The notes: a model not told the origin generated them from the letters alone. A stretch of 47,496 nucleotides of DNA from Candidatus Nomurabacteria bacterium (GCA_943354645.1 CALRCO010000001.1:1-47496), one strand, 5' to 3'. Shown: positions 17,425 through 26,228, counted from the first letter of the stretch. Made by a program: numbers and translations.

Positions 17425-17437
17425 CTTCGCGTACTAT
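17409..17437 (+). promoter_or_regulatory. M50 protease promoter TTGATA-17-TACTAT, 8 nt upstream of ATG 17446
   Basis: Consensus-like hexamers with 17-nt spacer. Back-to-back with the rpmB promoter. Confidence 0.6.
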
Positions 17438-17445
17438 TACTTACT

Positions 17446-18054
17446 ATGGATATCCTTGGTAGTATTTTTTATATAGTGATTCTCATTATGTCAGTCGTCA
17501 TCCACGAGGTGGCACATGGTTTTGCGGCACTCAAATATGGCGATGAGACAGCGCTCCACATGGGCAGACTTACCTTAAATCCGCTCAAACATATTGATAT
17601 CATGGGGTCAATTGTTATTCCGCTGGCGCTCATTCTTTCGGGTACAGGAATTGTCTTCGGCTGGGCAAAACCAGTACCGTACAATCCCAACAATCTTACA
17701 GATCGTCGCAAAGGTACACTCGCGGTTGCAAGTGCAGGTATTATTGTCAATTTGTGCGTCGCGGTCTTTTTCGGGCTCATTCTTCGATTTTTGCCAAGTG
17801 AATTTATTGCTGTTAGCGCAATCTTGCAGGCAGTTGTCTTTATAAACTTAGTGCTCGCTATTTTTAATCTTGTGCCAATTCCACCACTTGATGGATCAAA
17901 AATTCTTTTTTCACTGTTGCCTCCTCGTTTTGCGTATTACGAACAAATAATTGAACAGTATTCAATTGCATTTTTACTTATTTTTGTATTTTTTATTTGG
18001 CGATACGTTGCGCCGATCATTCAGATTTTGTATGCACTTATTGTTGGTAATTAA
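17446..18054 (+). CDS. Site-2 protease family (peptidase M50) membrane metalloprotease
   Basis: HEVAHG zinc motif, NLVPIPPLDGSK motif, several TM segments. ATG 17446 lies 8 nt after TACTAT. ATG 17419 is possible but lies inside the promoter. Confidence 0.8.
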   Translation: MDILGSIFYIVILIMSVVIHEVAHGFAALKYGDETALHMGRLTLNPLKHIDIMGSIVIPLALILSGTGIVFGWAKPVPYNPNNLTDRRKGTLAVASAGIIVNLCVAVFFGLILRFLPSEFIAVSAILQAVVFINLVLAIFNLVPIPPLDGSKILFSLLPPRFAYYEQIIEQYSIAFLLIFVFFIWRYVAPIIQILYALIVGN

Positions 18055-18095
18055 ATTTTTCACGTATTTCACTTTTAAAAAAAGAAGGGTGGGGG

Positions 18096-18101
18096 TATAC
18101 T
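18096..18101 (+). promoter_or_regulatory. -10 box TATACT, 7 nt upstream of ATG 18109
   Basis: Sequence and spacing only. Confidence 0.45.
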
Positions 18102-18108
18102 CATAGAT

Positions 18109-19887
18109 ATGATTGCTCGCATACAAAGAGCATTATTTCTCACTGCATTACTCGCGGTTGCTTTTTCTTTTAGCACAAATGTATTTGCAGCGACAGGCAC
18201 TATTAATGCATCATATAAATATGCAAAATTGTGTGGCAATGCAGATTGTTCTGTGTACACACAAATAAATTTTAAACCAACGCTCGGCACCGCAGTAAGT
18301 GTTACTGATTCGGCTATCACAGGAGAAATTTGGAGTGAAAAATTGGGATGGATAAATCTTAATCCAACGACGAGCGGTGTGCTCAATGACGGGACAGGAA
18401 CTCTCTCTGGATATGCATGGGGACAGCTTGCGAGTTGGATAAACTTTGCACCGACACACGGCGGCGTGACGATAAATAGCAGTGGTGAATTTGGTGGATG
18501 GGCATGGGTATCAGGGCCAAATGGGGGATGGATAAAATTTGATTGCACGGATGTTGATGCTTGCGTGAAAACAGACTGGCTGGGCACAGGTGGAGGAGCC
18601 GGAGCTGGAGCTGGAGCTGGAGGTGGCGGAAGTAGCACGTCAGGAAGTGGTAGCACAGGAAACCCTTCTACAAATCCAACTACTAACCCTACGACAAATC
18701 CATCTACAAATCCAACTACTAACCCTACGACAAATCCATCCACAAACCCACCTACAGACCCAACCAACCCTCCGAAAAATCCGACAAATCCACCAACAGA
18801 TCCTTCTGTAACACCACCAGCAAATACCTTTACGCAACAAATAGTCCAGCAAATTGCGAGTACATTTACTGAGACTGTTGCGATTCTTGGTGATGCCCTT
18901 ACCGGAATCCGTACTATCATGAATAAACCCGATGTGTCAGTTGCGGTAAAAGTCGCAACGACGATAGGTATGCTTGCCGGTGTCTCTGTTTCTGTTGCAT
19001 CACTCTTATTTGCATCTCCGTTTTCATTTTCTGAAATTGCCCTTATCCCAATGCGACTCTGGTCGCTCCTTCTTGGATTCCTTGGGTTCAAAAAACGTCG
19101 TCGTCCGTGGGGAACCGTATATGATGCAGTGACCAAACAGCCGATTGATCCAGTGGTTGTCGTGCTTCGTGATGATAAAGGGGAAGATGTGTCAACCTCT
19201 ATTACTGATCTTGATGGACGATATGGATTTTTGGTGCGCCCTGGTATGTACACGATTATTGCAAATCGTACCAACTACATTTTTCCTTCGAAGAAATTAT
19301 TTGGCAAAGACCGTGATGAATTATATTCCGATTTGTATTTTGGTGGTCCTATTATGGTGACCAAAGAAGGAGATGTTATTGGTAAAAATATTCCGCTTGA
19401 TCCAATAAAAGAAGACTGGAACGAACAGACCAAAGAATCCCAACACTTGATGAGCTTCTTCTCGCGCAAAGAAAAATGGCTTCGTCATGCAAGTGATGTA
19501 TTGTTTGCGTTTGGTTTTTCTGTGGCAACAATTGCTCTTATTGCTGCGCCAAATACGTATAACATAGTTGTATTTGTTGCATATTTATTCTTAGGAATGT
19601 TGCGACAATTTGGCCTTCGTCACATGGTGCCGCTCGGCGGGGTCATGTACAAAGATTCAGGGTTGCCTCTTCGATTTGCTATTGTGCGCATTTTTATTGC
19701 AGATACCAATTCAGAAACATTACATAAAATTACCGATAAGACAGGACGATTTTATTGCTTGATTCGCAATGGCCGCTACTACGCAACCATTGAAAAGAAA
19801 AAAGATGATGGTTCGTATGAAAAGATATTTACCTCACTTCCATTTGATGTCACGAAAGGATATATCAACACACTGTTTGAAGTGTAG
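18109..19887 (+). CDS. Repeat-rich envelope protein (W-x-x-x-GWINF-type repeats, P/T/N linker, TM segments, two CarboxypepD_reg-like domains)
   Basis: Signal peptide ALFLTALLAVAFSFSTNVFA. Repeats WSEKLGWINLNP, LASWINFAP, GGWIKFD. (GA)n and TNPTTNPS linker. GTVYDAVTKQPIDPVVVVLRDDKGE..DLDGRYGF fold motif occurs twice. Confidence 0.6.
   Translation: MIARIQRALFLTALLAVAFSFSTNVFAATGTINASYKYAKLCGNADCSVYTQINFKPTLGTAVSVTDSAITGEIWSEKLGWINLNPTTSGVLNDGTGTLSGYAWGQLASWINFAPTHGGVTINSSGEFGGWAWVSGPNGGWIKFDCTDVDACVKTDWLGTGGGAGAGAGAGGGGSSTSGSGSTGNPSTNPTTNPTTNPSTNPTTNPTTNPSTNPPTDPTNPPKNPTNPPTDPSVTPPANTFTQQIVQQIASTFTETVAILGDALTGIRTIMNKPDVSVAVKVATTIGMLAGVSVSVASLLFASPFSFSEIALIPMRLWSLLLGFLGFKKRRRPWGTVYDAVTKQPIDPVVVVLRDDKGEDVSTSITDLDGRYGFLVRPGMYTIIANRTNYIFPSKKLFGKDRDELYSDLYFGGPIMVTKEGDVIGKNIPLDPIKEDWNEQTKESQHLMSFFSRKEKWLRHASDVLFAFGFSVATIALIAAPNTYNIVVFVAYLFLGMLRQFGLRHMVPLGGVMYKDSGLPLRFAIVRIFIADTNSETLHKITDKTGRFYCLIRNGRYYATIEKKKDDGSYEKIFTSLPFDVTKGYINTLFEV
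18667..18738 (+). repeat. Perfect 36-bp tandem duplication inside the envelope-protein gene (encodes STNPTTNPTTNP x2)
   Basis: TCTACAAATCCAACTACTAACCCTACGACAAATCCA at 18667-18702 and again at 18703-18738. Degenerate copies continue to about 18810. A (GGAGCY)n run lies at 18594-18630. Confidence 0.9.
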
Positions 19888-20077
19888 GACTTTACAAAAA
19901 CAATGAAAGGAATACACTTGGAAAAGGTTTAAGTTTTTTATTGATTAAGTAAGCGAGTTTGGCTGGTTACCGCTTAGTTCCCATCCAGCCTCCTTATTTT
20001 TCTAAAAGCTTTATAGCCAAGATTTTGAGACTGTTTTTAAGAAATATGGTGTTTTGGTAAGACAGTCTTAATACATG

Positions 20078-20115
20078 CCCGCTTCCTTGCTATAACGAGG
20101 AAGTGGGTTTTTATT
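20078..20115 (+). terminator. Orphan terminator-like hairpin 190 nt downstream of the envelope-protein gene
   Basis: CCCGCTTCCT-loop-AGGAAGTGGG (10 bp, one G-U) followed by TTTTTATTT. Confidence 0.6.
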
Positions 20116-20150
20116 TACCTGAACGATATTTTATCGCAGTGTAGGTGGCC

Positions 20151-20179
20151 TTGCATTTTTTATCCGTATACGGTAGAGT
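20151..20179 (+). promoter_or_regulatory. rpsL promoter TTGCAT-17-TAGAGT
   Basis: Hexamers with 17-nt spacer. Followed by hairpin 20189-20208 + U tract, then ATG 20224. Confidence 0.65.
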
Positions 20180-20223
20180 AATCCTACTAAAGCCCTATTG
20201 TCGGCTTTTTATATTAGACATCA

Positions 20224-20646
20224 ATGCCATCAGTAAATCAGCTCGTACGGAGCCCACGCAAAAAAACAAAACGAAAGACAAAAGCGGTCGCTCTCGCCCG
20301 CGGTTTTAATGCTATCAAAAATCGCCCAGTGTTCTACCCATCTCCATTTAAACGTGGGGTATGTACAAAGGTTTCAACAACAACTCCTAAAAAGCCTAAC
20401 TCTGCGCTCCGAAAGATCGCCCGCGTTCGCCTTACGAACGGTCAAGAAGTCACTGCATATATCCCAGGTGAAGGACACAACCTCCAAGAGCACTCAGTGG
20501 TCATCATCCGTGGTGGTCGCGTGAAAGACTTGATCGGAGTTCGATACCACATTGTTCGTGGACGTCTCGATGCATCTGGAGTTGAAAAGCGACGTCAGTC
20601 ACGTTCGCTCTACGGTAACAAGCGCCCAAAGGCGACAAGCAAGTAA
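20224..20646 (+). CDS. rpsL: 30S ribosomal protein S12
   Basis: [28 protein letters not shown]. Confidence 0.95.
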   Translation: MPSVNQLVRSPRKKTKRKTKAVALARGFNAIKNRPVFYPSPFKRGVCTKVSTTTPKKPNSALRKIARVRLTNGQEVTAYIPGEGHNLQEHSVVIIRGGRVKDLIGVRYHIVRGRLDASGVEKRRQSRSLYGNKRPKATSK

Positions 20647-20736
20647 AAAGTTTATCAAGTTCGTAAAGTTATAAAGTAAAAGGCACAAGCACTCAACTTT
20701 AAAAACTTTATAACATTCCACTTTATAACTCATCAT
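20647..20736 (+). repeat. Family B spacer (AAGTTATAAAGT words / ACTTTATAACTT complement), rpsL-rpsG
   Basis: Left arm 20647-20677, right arm 20695-20730. Ends AACTCATCAT-ATG. Confidence 0.8.
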
Positions 20737-21207
20737 ATGCGACGCAAAATCAACAACAAAAACATAGTTTTACCAGATATCGTTTACAACTCTCCTCGAG
20801 TTGCAAAGTTTATCAACTGTCTCATGTGGGATGGAAAGAAAGAAACTGCACGCAAAGTTGTGTACGGTGCTTTCGATATGATTAAAGAAAAAACAGGCAC
20901 AGAAGACGCACTTGAAATCTTTGATACAGCTATCAAGAACGCAAGTCCAAACCTCGAAGTTCGCTCACGACGTATTGGTGGTGCAAACTACCAAGTGCCT
21001 CGTGAAGTTCGTCCAGAACGTCGCCAAGCGCTCGCATTCCGATGGATCCTCGCTGCCGCTCGCGGTAAGAAAGGTGCACCAATGGCAAAGCGTCTCGCCG
21101 ATGAACTCATCCTCGCTTCAAAAAATGAAGGTTCTGCAATCAAGAAGAAAGAAGATACGCACAAAATGGCAGAATCAAACAAAGCATTTGCCCATTTTGC
21201 TTGGTAA
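20737..21207 (+). CDS. rpsG: 30S ribosomal protein S7
   Basis: [25 protein letters not shown]. Confidence 0.95.
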   Translation: MRRKINNKNIVLPDIVYNSPRVAKFINCLMWDGKKETARKVVYGAFDMIKEKTGTEDALEIFDTAIKNASPNLEVRSRRIGGANYQVPREVRPERRQALAFRWILAAARGKKGAPMAKRLADELILASKNEGSAIKKKEDTHKMAESNKAFAHFAW

Positions 21208-21274
21208 TGTTGCAAAGCAACATTACCCCGAGCGAACGCTAGTGAGTCGAGAGGTCTTTAATTTTATAGAAAAA

Positions 21275-21304
21275 AGAAAAATCCCCATTCGGGGATTTTT
21301 CTTT
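21275..21304 (+). terminator. Terminator after rpsG
   Basis: AGAAAAATCCCC-ATTC-GGGGATTTTTCT followed by TTTT. Confidence 0.75.
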
Positions 21305-21333
21305 TTGACAAAGAGTATCAATAGGTATATGGT
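21305..21333 (+). promoter_or_regulatory. Promoter TTGACA-17-TATGGT for the 21355 gene
   Basis: Consensus -35 immediately after the rpsG terminator. Confidence 0.55.
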
Positions 21334-21354
21334 AAAAGAAAAATTGTTCACCTC

Positions 21355-21714
21355 ATGAGAAATACATATGTTAATTTGACACTGGCCGAGATTGCCAATA
21401 AGACAAAGCATCAGCCACTTTTTTATTTCGCTATTACTGTGTTTATTGCAGGATTAATGGCACAGGTATTATTTAATGATTCATTAGAAAATACAGGACC
21501 TAAGATGTTTGTGATATTGATGTCAGTAGGGCTTCCTTTGTATAAATTCATTAAAAGTCTTGACCCAAAGCGACGAGTTATCGCTGTACTTGATGAAGAA
21601 TGTAAATACACACAAAATGCGTCATGGTATAGAGATATTTGTAAAACACGTGCAAATACTCTTAAGGAGAAAGATGACACATGGGAGCAATGCAAACACG
21701 AAAAGATTATTTAA
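21355..21714 (+). CDS. Small membrane protein (hypothetical)
   Basis: Two hydrophobic segments. Own promoter (21305-21333) and terminator (21721-21756). Inserted between rpsG and fusA. Confidence 0.5.
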   Translation: MRNTYVNLTLAEIANKTKHQPLFYFAITVFIAGLMAQVLFNDSLENTGPKMFVILMSVGLPLYKFIKSLDPKRRVIAVLDEECKYTQNASWYRDICKTRANTLKEKDDTWEQCKHEKII

Positions 21715-21720
21715 TGAGTA

Positions 21721-21756
21721 AAAAGCCACCCGTATCCTCGGGTGGCTTTTCTTTTG
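21721..21756 (+). terminator. Terminator after the 21355 gene
   Basis: AAAAGCCACCCG-TATCC-TCGGGTGGCTTTT. Confidence 0.8.
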
Positions 21757-21793
21757 TCCGTAAAGGGTATATCGTTAAGTAAAATCTTGCACT

Positions 21794-22165
21794 ATGAAAA
21801 AAATAATACTTGGCGTAGTTGGTATTTGCGCACTTGGTGCAGGAATACTCCTCGCACCATATGTTTTTACTAATATTGCTCCAAAAGTGAATGCCGAAAT
21901 CGTTTCCTCTGGAGAAGAGATTCATGTGTGGGGACTTGATTCGTCAATTATTGAAGGAACACTTATTCAAATCTCATGTGTTGTTTTGATTAACGGTACA
22001 CCTGCAAATTCAGGATGGGAAATTTGCGATAACCTCTCGTATATCTATCCGCAGAATGACATTACCGTCCCTCATGTCGGCATCAATCTTATGGAAGGAG
22101 GTAAACTCTCCGGAGAAGTAGATGCCACCATCGAATTCCGCATTGCAAAAGTTATTCGTCGTTAA
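21794..22165 (+). CDS. Small secreted/membrane-anchored protein (hypothetical)
   Basis: N-terminal signal/anchor KKIILGVVGICALGAGILLA. Terminator 22166-22200 has the same loop as that of the preceding gene. Confidence 0.5.
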   Translation: MKKIILGVVGICALGAGILLAPYVFTNIAPKVNAEIVSSGEEIHVWGLDSSIIEGTLIQISCVVLINGTPANSGWEICDNLSYIYPQNDITVPHVGINLMEGGKLSGEVDATIEFRIAKVIRR

Positions 22166-22200
22166 GCCGCCCGTATTCTCGGGCGGCGTTTTTATTTATT
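22166..22200 (+). terminator. Terminator after the 21794 gene
   Basis: GCCGCCCG-TATTC-TCGGGCGGC followed by GTTTTTATTTATT. Confidence 0.8.
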
Positions 22201-22237
22201 CACCTATGTTTTTATGCAATTAAAAATGTTGGCGGGT

Positions 22238-22266
22238 TTGCAAAAAACACCTATATATCGTATAGT
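22238..22266 (+). promoter_or_regulatory. fusA promoter TTGCAA-17-TATAGT
   Basis: Hexamers with 17-nt spacer. Hairpin AGCG-GTGA-CGCT + U tract at 22276-22294. Confidence 0.65.
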
Positions 22267-22316
22267 CTTTCTCATAGAGCGGTGACGCTTTTTTATTTAC
22301 TAAATTTTGCTTCTAC

Positions 22317-22346
22317 CTAAACCCTAGACGCTAAACCCTAAACCCT
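22317..22346 (+). repeat. Three CTAAACCC words in the fusA 5' leader
   Basis: CTAAACCCTAGACGCTAAACCCTAAACCCT, read directly. Confidence 0.8.
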
Positions 22347-22356
22347 ATATTTATTT

Positions 22357-24507
22357 ATGGAACGAGAATATCCTCTAGAAAAAGTCCGAAACTTCGGCAT
22401 TATCGCCCACATCGACGCGGGCAAAACCACGACATCAGAACGCGTGTTGTTTTACACGGGCATGTCCCACAAAATCGGTGAAGTGCACGACGGTGAGACC
22501 ACTACCGACTGGATGGAACAAGAACGAGAACGCGGTATTACGATTACGGCTGCGGCAGTTACCTGTGCGTGGATTCCGACCTATGCAAATGCGGACAAAA
22601 ATAAGAAAATTCGTTTCAATATTATCGATACACCTGGACACATCGACTTTACGGTTGAAGTGAAGCGCTCACTCCGCGTCTTGGACGGCGCAGTGGTTGT
22701 TTTCGACGGCGTTGCTGGTGTTGAGCCACAATCAGAAACCAACTGGCGCTACGCTGATGAAGCGCAGGTGCCGCGTATTTGTTTCGTGAATAAGCTCGAC
22801 CGAACAGGTGCGTCATTTGAACATTCCTATGCAACTATCCTCGACCGTCTTTCAAAAAAGGCAGTTCGTATGCAACTTCCTATTGGTCTTGAAGAAAACC
22901 ATGAAGGCGTTGTCGATCTTTTGACAATGAAGGCTTACTACTTCGAAGGCGACATGGGAAGTAAGGTTGTTGAAAAAGAAATTCCAGAAAACATGATGGC
23001 GGATGCAAAAAAGTATCATGGTGAACTCATCGAACGCATCGTCGAAAACGATGAAGCACAGATGACTGCATATTTGGAAGGCAATGAGCCATCACTTGAT
23101 GAACTCAAAAAGACTCTTCGCAAAGCAGTTATCAAAAATGAAATCTTTCCTGTTTATGCAGGAAGTGCGCTTAAGAACAAAGGTGTTCAGCTCGTCTTGG
23201 ATGCGGTTGTTGATTACTTGCCATCTCCAAAAGATATCAAGCCAGTTACCGGAACTGATCCAAATACCGATGAACCGCTTTCACGCGCTGCGGATGACGC
23301 AGAGCCATTCTGTGGTCTTGCATTCAAGTTGATGGCAGATCCATTCGTCGGACAACTCGTCTTCTTCCGTGTCTATTCAGGTACGCTTGAATCAGGAAGT
23401 TATGTATATAATCCTCGAACCCGCAACAAAGAACGCATCGGCCGTATCGTGCGTATGCAAGCAGATCAACGTGAAGAAGTGAAGAAAATTTTCGCGGGTG
23501 ATATTGCCGCAATCGTGGGACTCAAAGATACAAAAACATCGGACACACTCTGTGATGATGCAAAACCAATCATGCTTGAACGTATTGTCTTCCCAGAACC
23601 AGTTATCTCTCTCCGTATCGAACCAAAAACAAAAGCTGACCAAGAAAAAATGGGTCTCGCGCTTTCACGTCTTGCTGATGAAGATCCAACATTCCGCGTC
23701 TCAACCGATCAAGAAACTATGGAAACGATTATTGCAGGTATGGGAGAATTGCACCTCGACATTATTGTGGATCGTATGAAGCGAGAATTCGCTGTTGATG
23801 CAAATGTCGGTAAACCACAAGTTGCGTATCGCGAAACAATTAATGCGAATGCTGAAGCAGAAGGTAAATACATCAAACAATCTGGTGGTCGTGGAAACTA
23901 TGGTCACGTGAAAATCCGCGTGAAGCCTATGGACATGAGTCTTACGAAAGAAGAGATCGAAGATTTGCCAAAGTCAGTCAAACGCGAAGCGCATTTCGAA
24001 TTTATCAATACGATCAAAGGAGGTGCAATCCCACAAGAATATATTCCAGCCTGTGAAAAAGGATTCCGAGAAGGTCTCGATCGCGGTATTTTGGCAGGAT
24101 TTAAAATGGTGGATGTCTCTGTTGAACTCTGGGATGGAAGTTACCACGATGTGGACTCAAACGAAATGGCGTTCAAAATCGCTGCTTCTATGGGTATCCA
24201 AGATGCGTGTCGCGCTGCAAAGCCGGTTATTCTTGAACCGATGATGAAAGTGGAAGTCGTTACCCCTGATAAATTCATGGGAGATGTCACAGGCTCACTT
24301 TCTGCAAAACGTGGACTTATCGAAGGTATGGAAGATCGCGGTATGAACAAAGTCGTCAAAGCTGTGGTGCCGTTGTCCGAAATGTTCGGCTACACGACAA
24401 ACTTGCGCAGTATGACCGAAGGCCGTGCTGGATTCACGATGGAATTCTTGCGATACGATATTGTCCCTAATAATGTCGCGGACACTATCATTGCAGCTAA
24501 AAAATAG
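22357..24507 (+). CDS. fusA: Elongation factor G
   Basis: [26 protein letters not shown]; full five-domain length (716 aa). Confidence 0.96.
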   Translation: MEREYPLEKVRNFGIIAHIDAGKTTTSERVLFYTGMSHKIGEVHDGETTTDWMEQERERGITITAAAVTCAWIPTYANADKNKKIRFNIIDTPGHIDFTVEVKRSLRVLDGAVVVFDGVAGVEPQSETNWRYADEAQVPRICFVNKLDRTGASFEHSYATILDRLSKKAVRMQLPIGLEENHEGVVDLLTMKAYYFEGDMGSKVVEKEIPENMMADAKKYHGELIERIVENDEAQMTAYLEGNEPSLDELKKTLRKAVIKNEIFPVYAGSALKNKGVQLVLDAVVDYLPSPKDIKPVTGTDPNTDEPLSRAADDAEPFCGLAFKLMADPFVGQLVFFRVYSGTLESGSYVYNPRTRNKERIGRIVRMQADQREEVKKIFAGDIAAIVGLKDTKTSDTLCDDAKPIMLERIVFPEPVISLRIEPKTKADQEKMGLALSRLADEDPTFRVSTDQETMETIIAGMGELHLDIIVDRMKREFAVDANVGKPQVAYRETINANAEAEGKYIKQSGGRGNYGHVKIRVKPMDMSLTKEEIEDLPKSVKREAHFEFINTIKGGAIPQEYIPACEKGFREGLDRGILAGFKMVDVSVELWDGSYHDVDSNEMAFKIAASMGIQDACRAAKPVILEPMMKVEVVTPDKFMGDVTGSLSAKRGLIEGMEDRGMNKVVKAVVPLSEMFGYTTNLRSMTEGRAGFTMEFLRYDIVPNNVADTIIAAKK

Positions 24508-24538
24508 GAGCAAGTAAGTAGGTAGAGAGAACAAAAAT
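24505..24538 (+). repeat. Family A word array after fusA (TAGGAGCAAGTAAGTAGGTAGAGAGAACAAAAAT)
   Basis: The first 17 nt, including the stop codon, are identical to the array after secY (44738-44754). Confidence 0.8.
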
Positions 24539-24601
24539 ATGCGTCTCAAAATATTTCGGTTACGCCAAAATATCTTTGATACGTGATTTTTGGAATGAAC
24601 A

Positions 24602-24650
24602 AAAATCAAAAAAGCCCGACACAATAAAATTGTGTCGGGCTTTTGATTTT
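24602..24650. terminator. Bidirectional terminator between fusA and the convergent sigma gene
   Basis: AAAATCAAAAAAGCCCGACAC-AATAAAATT-GTGTCGGGCTTTTGATTTT. Confidence 0.8.
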
Positions 24651-24660
24651 GTAACATGAT

Positions 24661-25533
24661 TCATTTTCCTAAGTACACATTCAATTTTTTTACTCGTGGA
24701 TTTTTCCGAAATCGGCGAATTGTTTTGTCTACTATTTGCCGAACTCGTTCACGGGTGAGGCTAAATTTTTCTCCAATGGCTTCTAAACTTAATTCTTCTT
24801 TACCATTAATCCCAAAACGGTGACTAACAATATCGGCATCTCGTTGTGAGATCATATTTCTTAAAATGTCACCGATGTCTTTTTTCAAAGATTCATTATC
24901 AAGCACCTCATTAGCATTTCCTGCAATAGGATCACTTTTGAATGAATCAATCATTGTCCGGTTCGCGTCTTCTCCAATAGGAGTATCCAAACTAACAGAC
25001 CACCCAATGCTCTTGCTCGTTTCTTGAATCTCTTCTTTTGGGATATCAAGCAGTTCAGCAAGTTCTTCATTTGACGGTTCACGCTCGTATCGCTGTTCGA
25101 ATTTCTCTGTCATTTTAATGATTTTAGTCGTTGAAGCGACCTTGTTCATAGGCAACCGAACAATGCGCGCATTTTCAGCAAGCGCTTGCAGAATTGATTG
25201 GCGAATCCACCACACGGCATAAGAAATAAATTTAAATCCTCTTGTGTGATCGAAACGCCCCGCTGCTTTGTAAAGACCAATGTTACCTTCATTGATTAAA
25301 TCAGACAGTGAAAGTCCTTGATTTTGATATTGCTTGGCAACAGAAACAACAAAGAGGAGATTTGCTTTTGTAAGGTTTTGTAATGCATCTGTGTCACCTG
25401 TTTGTATTTTTTTAGCTAACACAACTTCATCCTCAGCTGTAATACGAGGATGTTTTACAATTTCATTCAAATATCGCTGAAGGGAATCACCTTCGCGAAG
25501 GGTAATCTGCTTGGCGATTTTTAGCTGTCTCAT
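24661..25533 (-). CDS. Sigma-70 family RNA polymerase sigma factor (RpoD-like, no region 1.1)
   Basis: Region 1.2/2 LQRYLNEIVKHPRITAEDE, FKFISYAVWWIRQSI; region 4 LSLEAIGEKFSLTRERVRQI. Confidence 0.88.
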   Translation of the reverse strand: MRQLKIAKQITLREGDSLQRYLNEIVKHPRITAEDEVVLAKKIQTGDTDALQNLTKANLLFVVSVAKQYQNQGLSLSDLINEGNIGLYKAAGRFDHTRGFKFISYAVWWIRQSILQALAENARIVRLPMNKVASTTKIIKMTEKFEQRYEREPSNEELAELLDIPKEEIQETSKSIGWSVSLDTPIGEDANRTMIDSFKSDPIAGNANEVLDNESLKKDIGDILRNMISQRDADIVSHRFGINGKEELSLEAIGEKFSLTRERVRQIVDKTIRRFRKNPRVKKLNVYLGK

Positions 25534-25577
25534 GATTTTTGAATTTTTTCTTTAGCGTACGCTGGATGCTTTTTGAT

Positions 25578-25657
25578 GTCAACCCGGTAGTGAGATTTTC
25601 TAAAGGGCCCTTTGCGTAGTTATAAAATCGTGTTAGAAAACTCTACTACCGGGTCAA
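25578..25657. promoter_or_regulatory. About 25-nt imperfect inverted repeat in the divergent region between the sigma gene and the 25710 gene
   Basis: GTCAACCCGGTAGTGAGATTTTCTAA (25578-25603) versus TTAGAAAACTCTACTACCGGGTCAA (25633-25657). Confidence 0.6.
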
Positions 25658-25709
25658 AGCTCTTTTCATTTGTTGCACTAAGGAGTATAGTTTCGAAAAC
25701 CCGCACCTT

Positions 25710-26216
25710 ATGAAAAGAAAAATCACCACCAAAATGAAAGAGCTTAATGAGCTCAGTCAAAGAACCACTGCAACAACAAAAGGACTTGTTGATGAAATTA
25801 AAAAAGGACTCCTTGATTTTGCTAAGAGTCCCAAAAGGAAAAAAATACAGTATTTTCTCCACATGAAGTTGTATAAAAACAAATACGACAACAAAGTGTG
25901 TGATGAAATTTCTTTTTGGTTAAGCAGATACATAACCGAACAGGGGACACATCATTACCGGCATAATCGATTTGATGTTGAGGAAAGAGCAGAGCAGCTT
26001 CAAGTACAATCAGGTACTTTTGTAGACACGGTTAATGAAGTTCTTATTGAGTTGAATCAGTTTCTCAAAAAGAATGGCTTCAATGTTGCTCTTGCAACAA
26101 GAGATACTGTTATCGATACCGATATGGGTTCACTCACTATTTATTGTGAAGGGGAAATAAAATATCCTCACAACGGTAAGGTTGTGATTGAAGAAAAAGA
26201 AAAAGCTGTTAGTTGA
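25710..26216 (+). CDS. Hypothetical protein
   Basis: 168-aa soluble Lys-rich ORF, divergent from the sigma gene, followed by a strong terminator. Confidence 0.45.
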   Translation: MKRKITTKMKELNELSQRTTATTKGLVDEIKKGLLDFAKSPKRKKIQYFLHMKLYKNKYDNKVCDEISFWLSRYITEQGTHHYRHNRFDVEERAEQLQVQSGTFVDTVNEVLIELNQFLKKNGFNVALATRDTVIDTDMGSLTIYCEGEIKYPHNGKVVIEEKEKAVS

Positions 26217-26228
26217 AACAATACAATG

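Noticed and set aside
18075-19274. 399-aa minus-strand ORF, the longest unexplained ORF in the track.
   Set aside because: It lies entirely antisense to the 18109-19887 gene. Its product is low-complexity (mirror image of the P/T/N and G/A repeats), and it has no start context or motifs. The plus-strand gene has a signal peptide, domains and a promoter.
20718-20736. Right arms of family B spacers as internal leaderless promoters (TATAAC or GATAAC 6-7 nt before the ATG of rpsG and rplD).
   Set aside because: The hexamers end in C instead of the highly conserved T, there is no -35 or TG extension, and the spacing does not hold for the other four spacers. Kept only as a remote possibility, testable by TSS mapping.
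22317-22346. CCCTAAA repeats as a telomere or linear-replicon end.
   Set aside because: There are only three copies, they are embedded in the fusA leader in the middle of a conserved operon, and they are not terminal.
25620-25862. 80-aa minus-strand ORF in the sigma / 25710 divergent region.
   Set aside because: It overlaps the plus-strand 25710 gene and the inverted repeat, and shows no coding signal.
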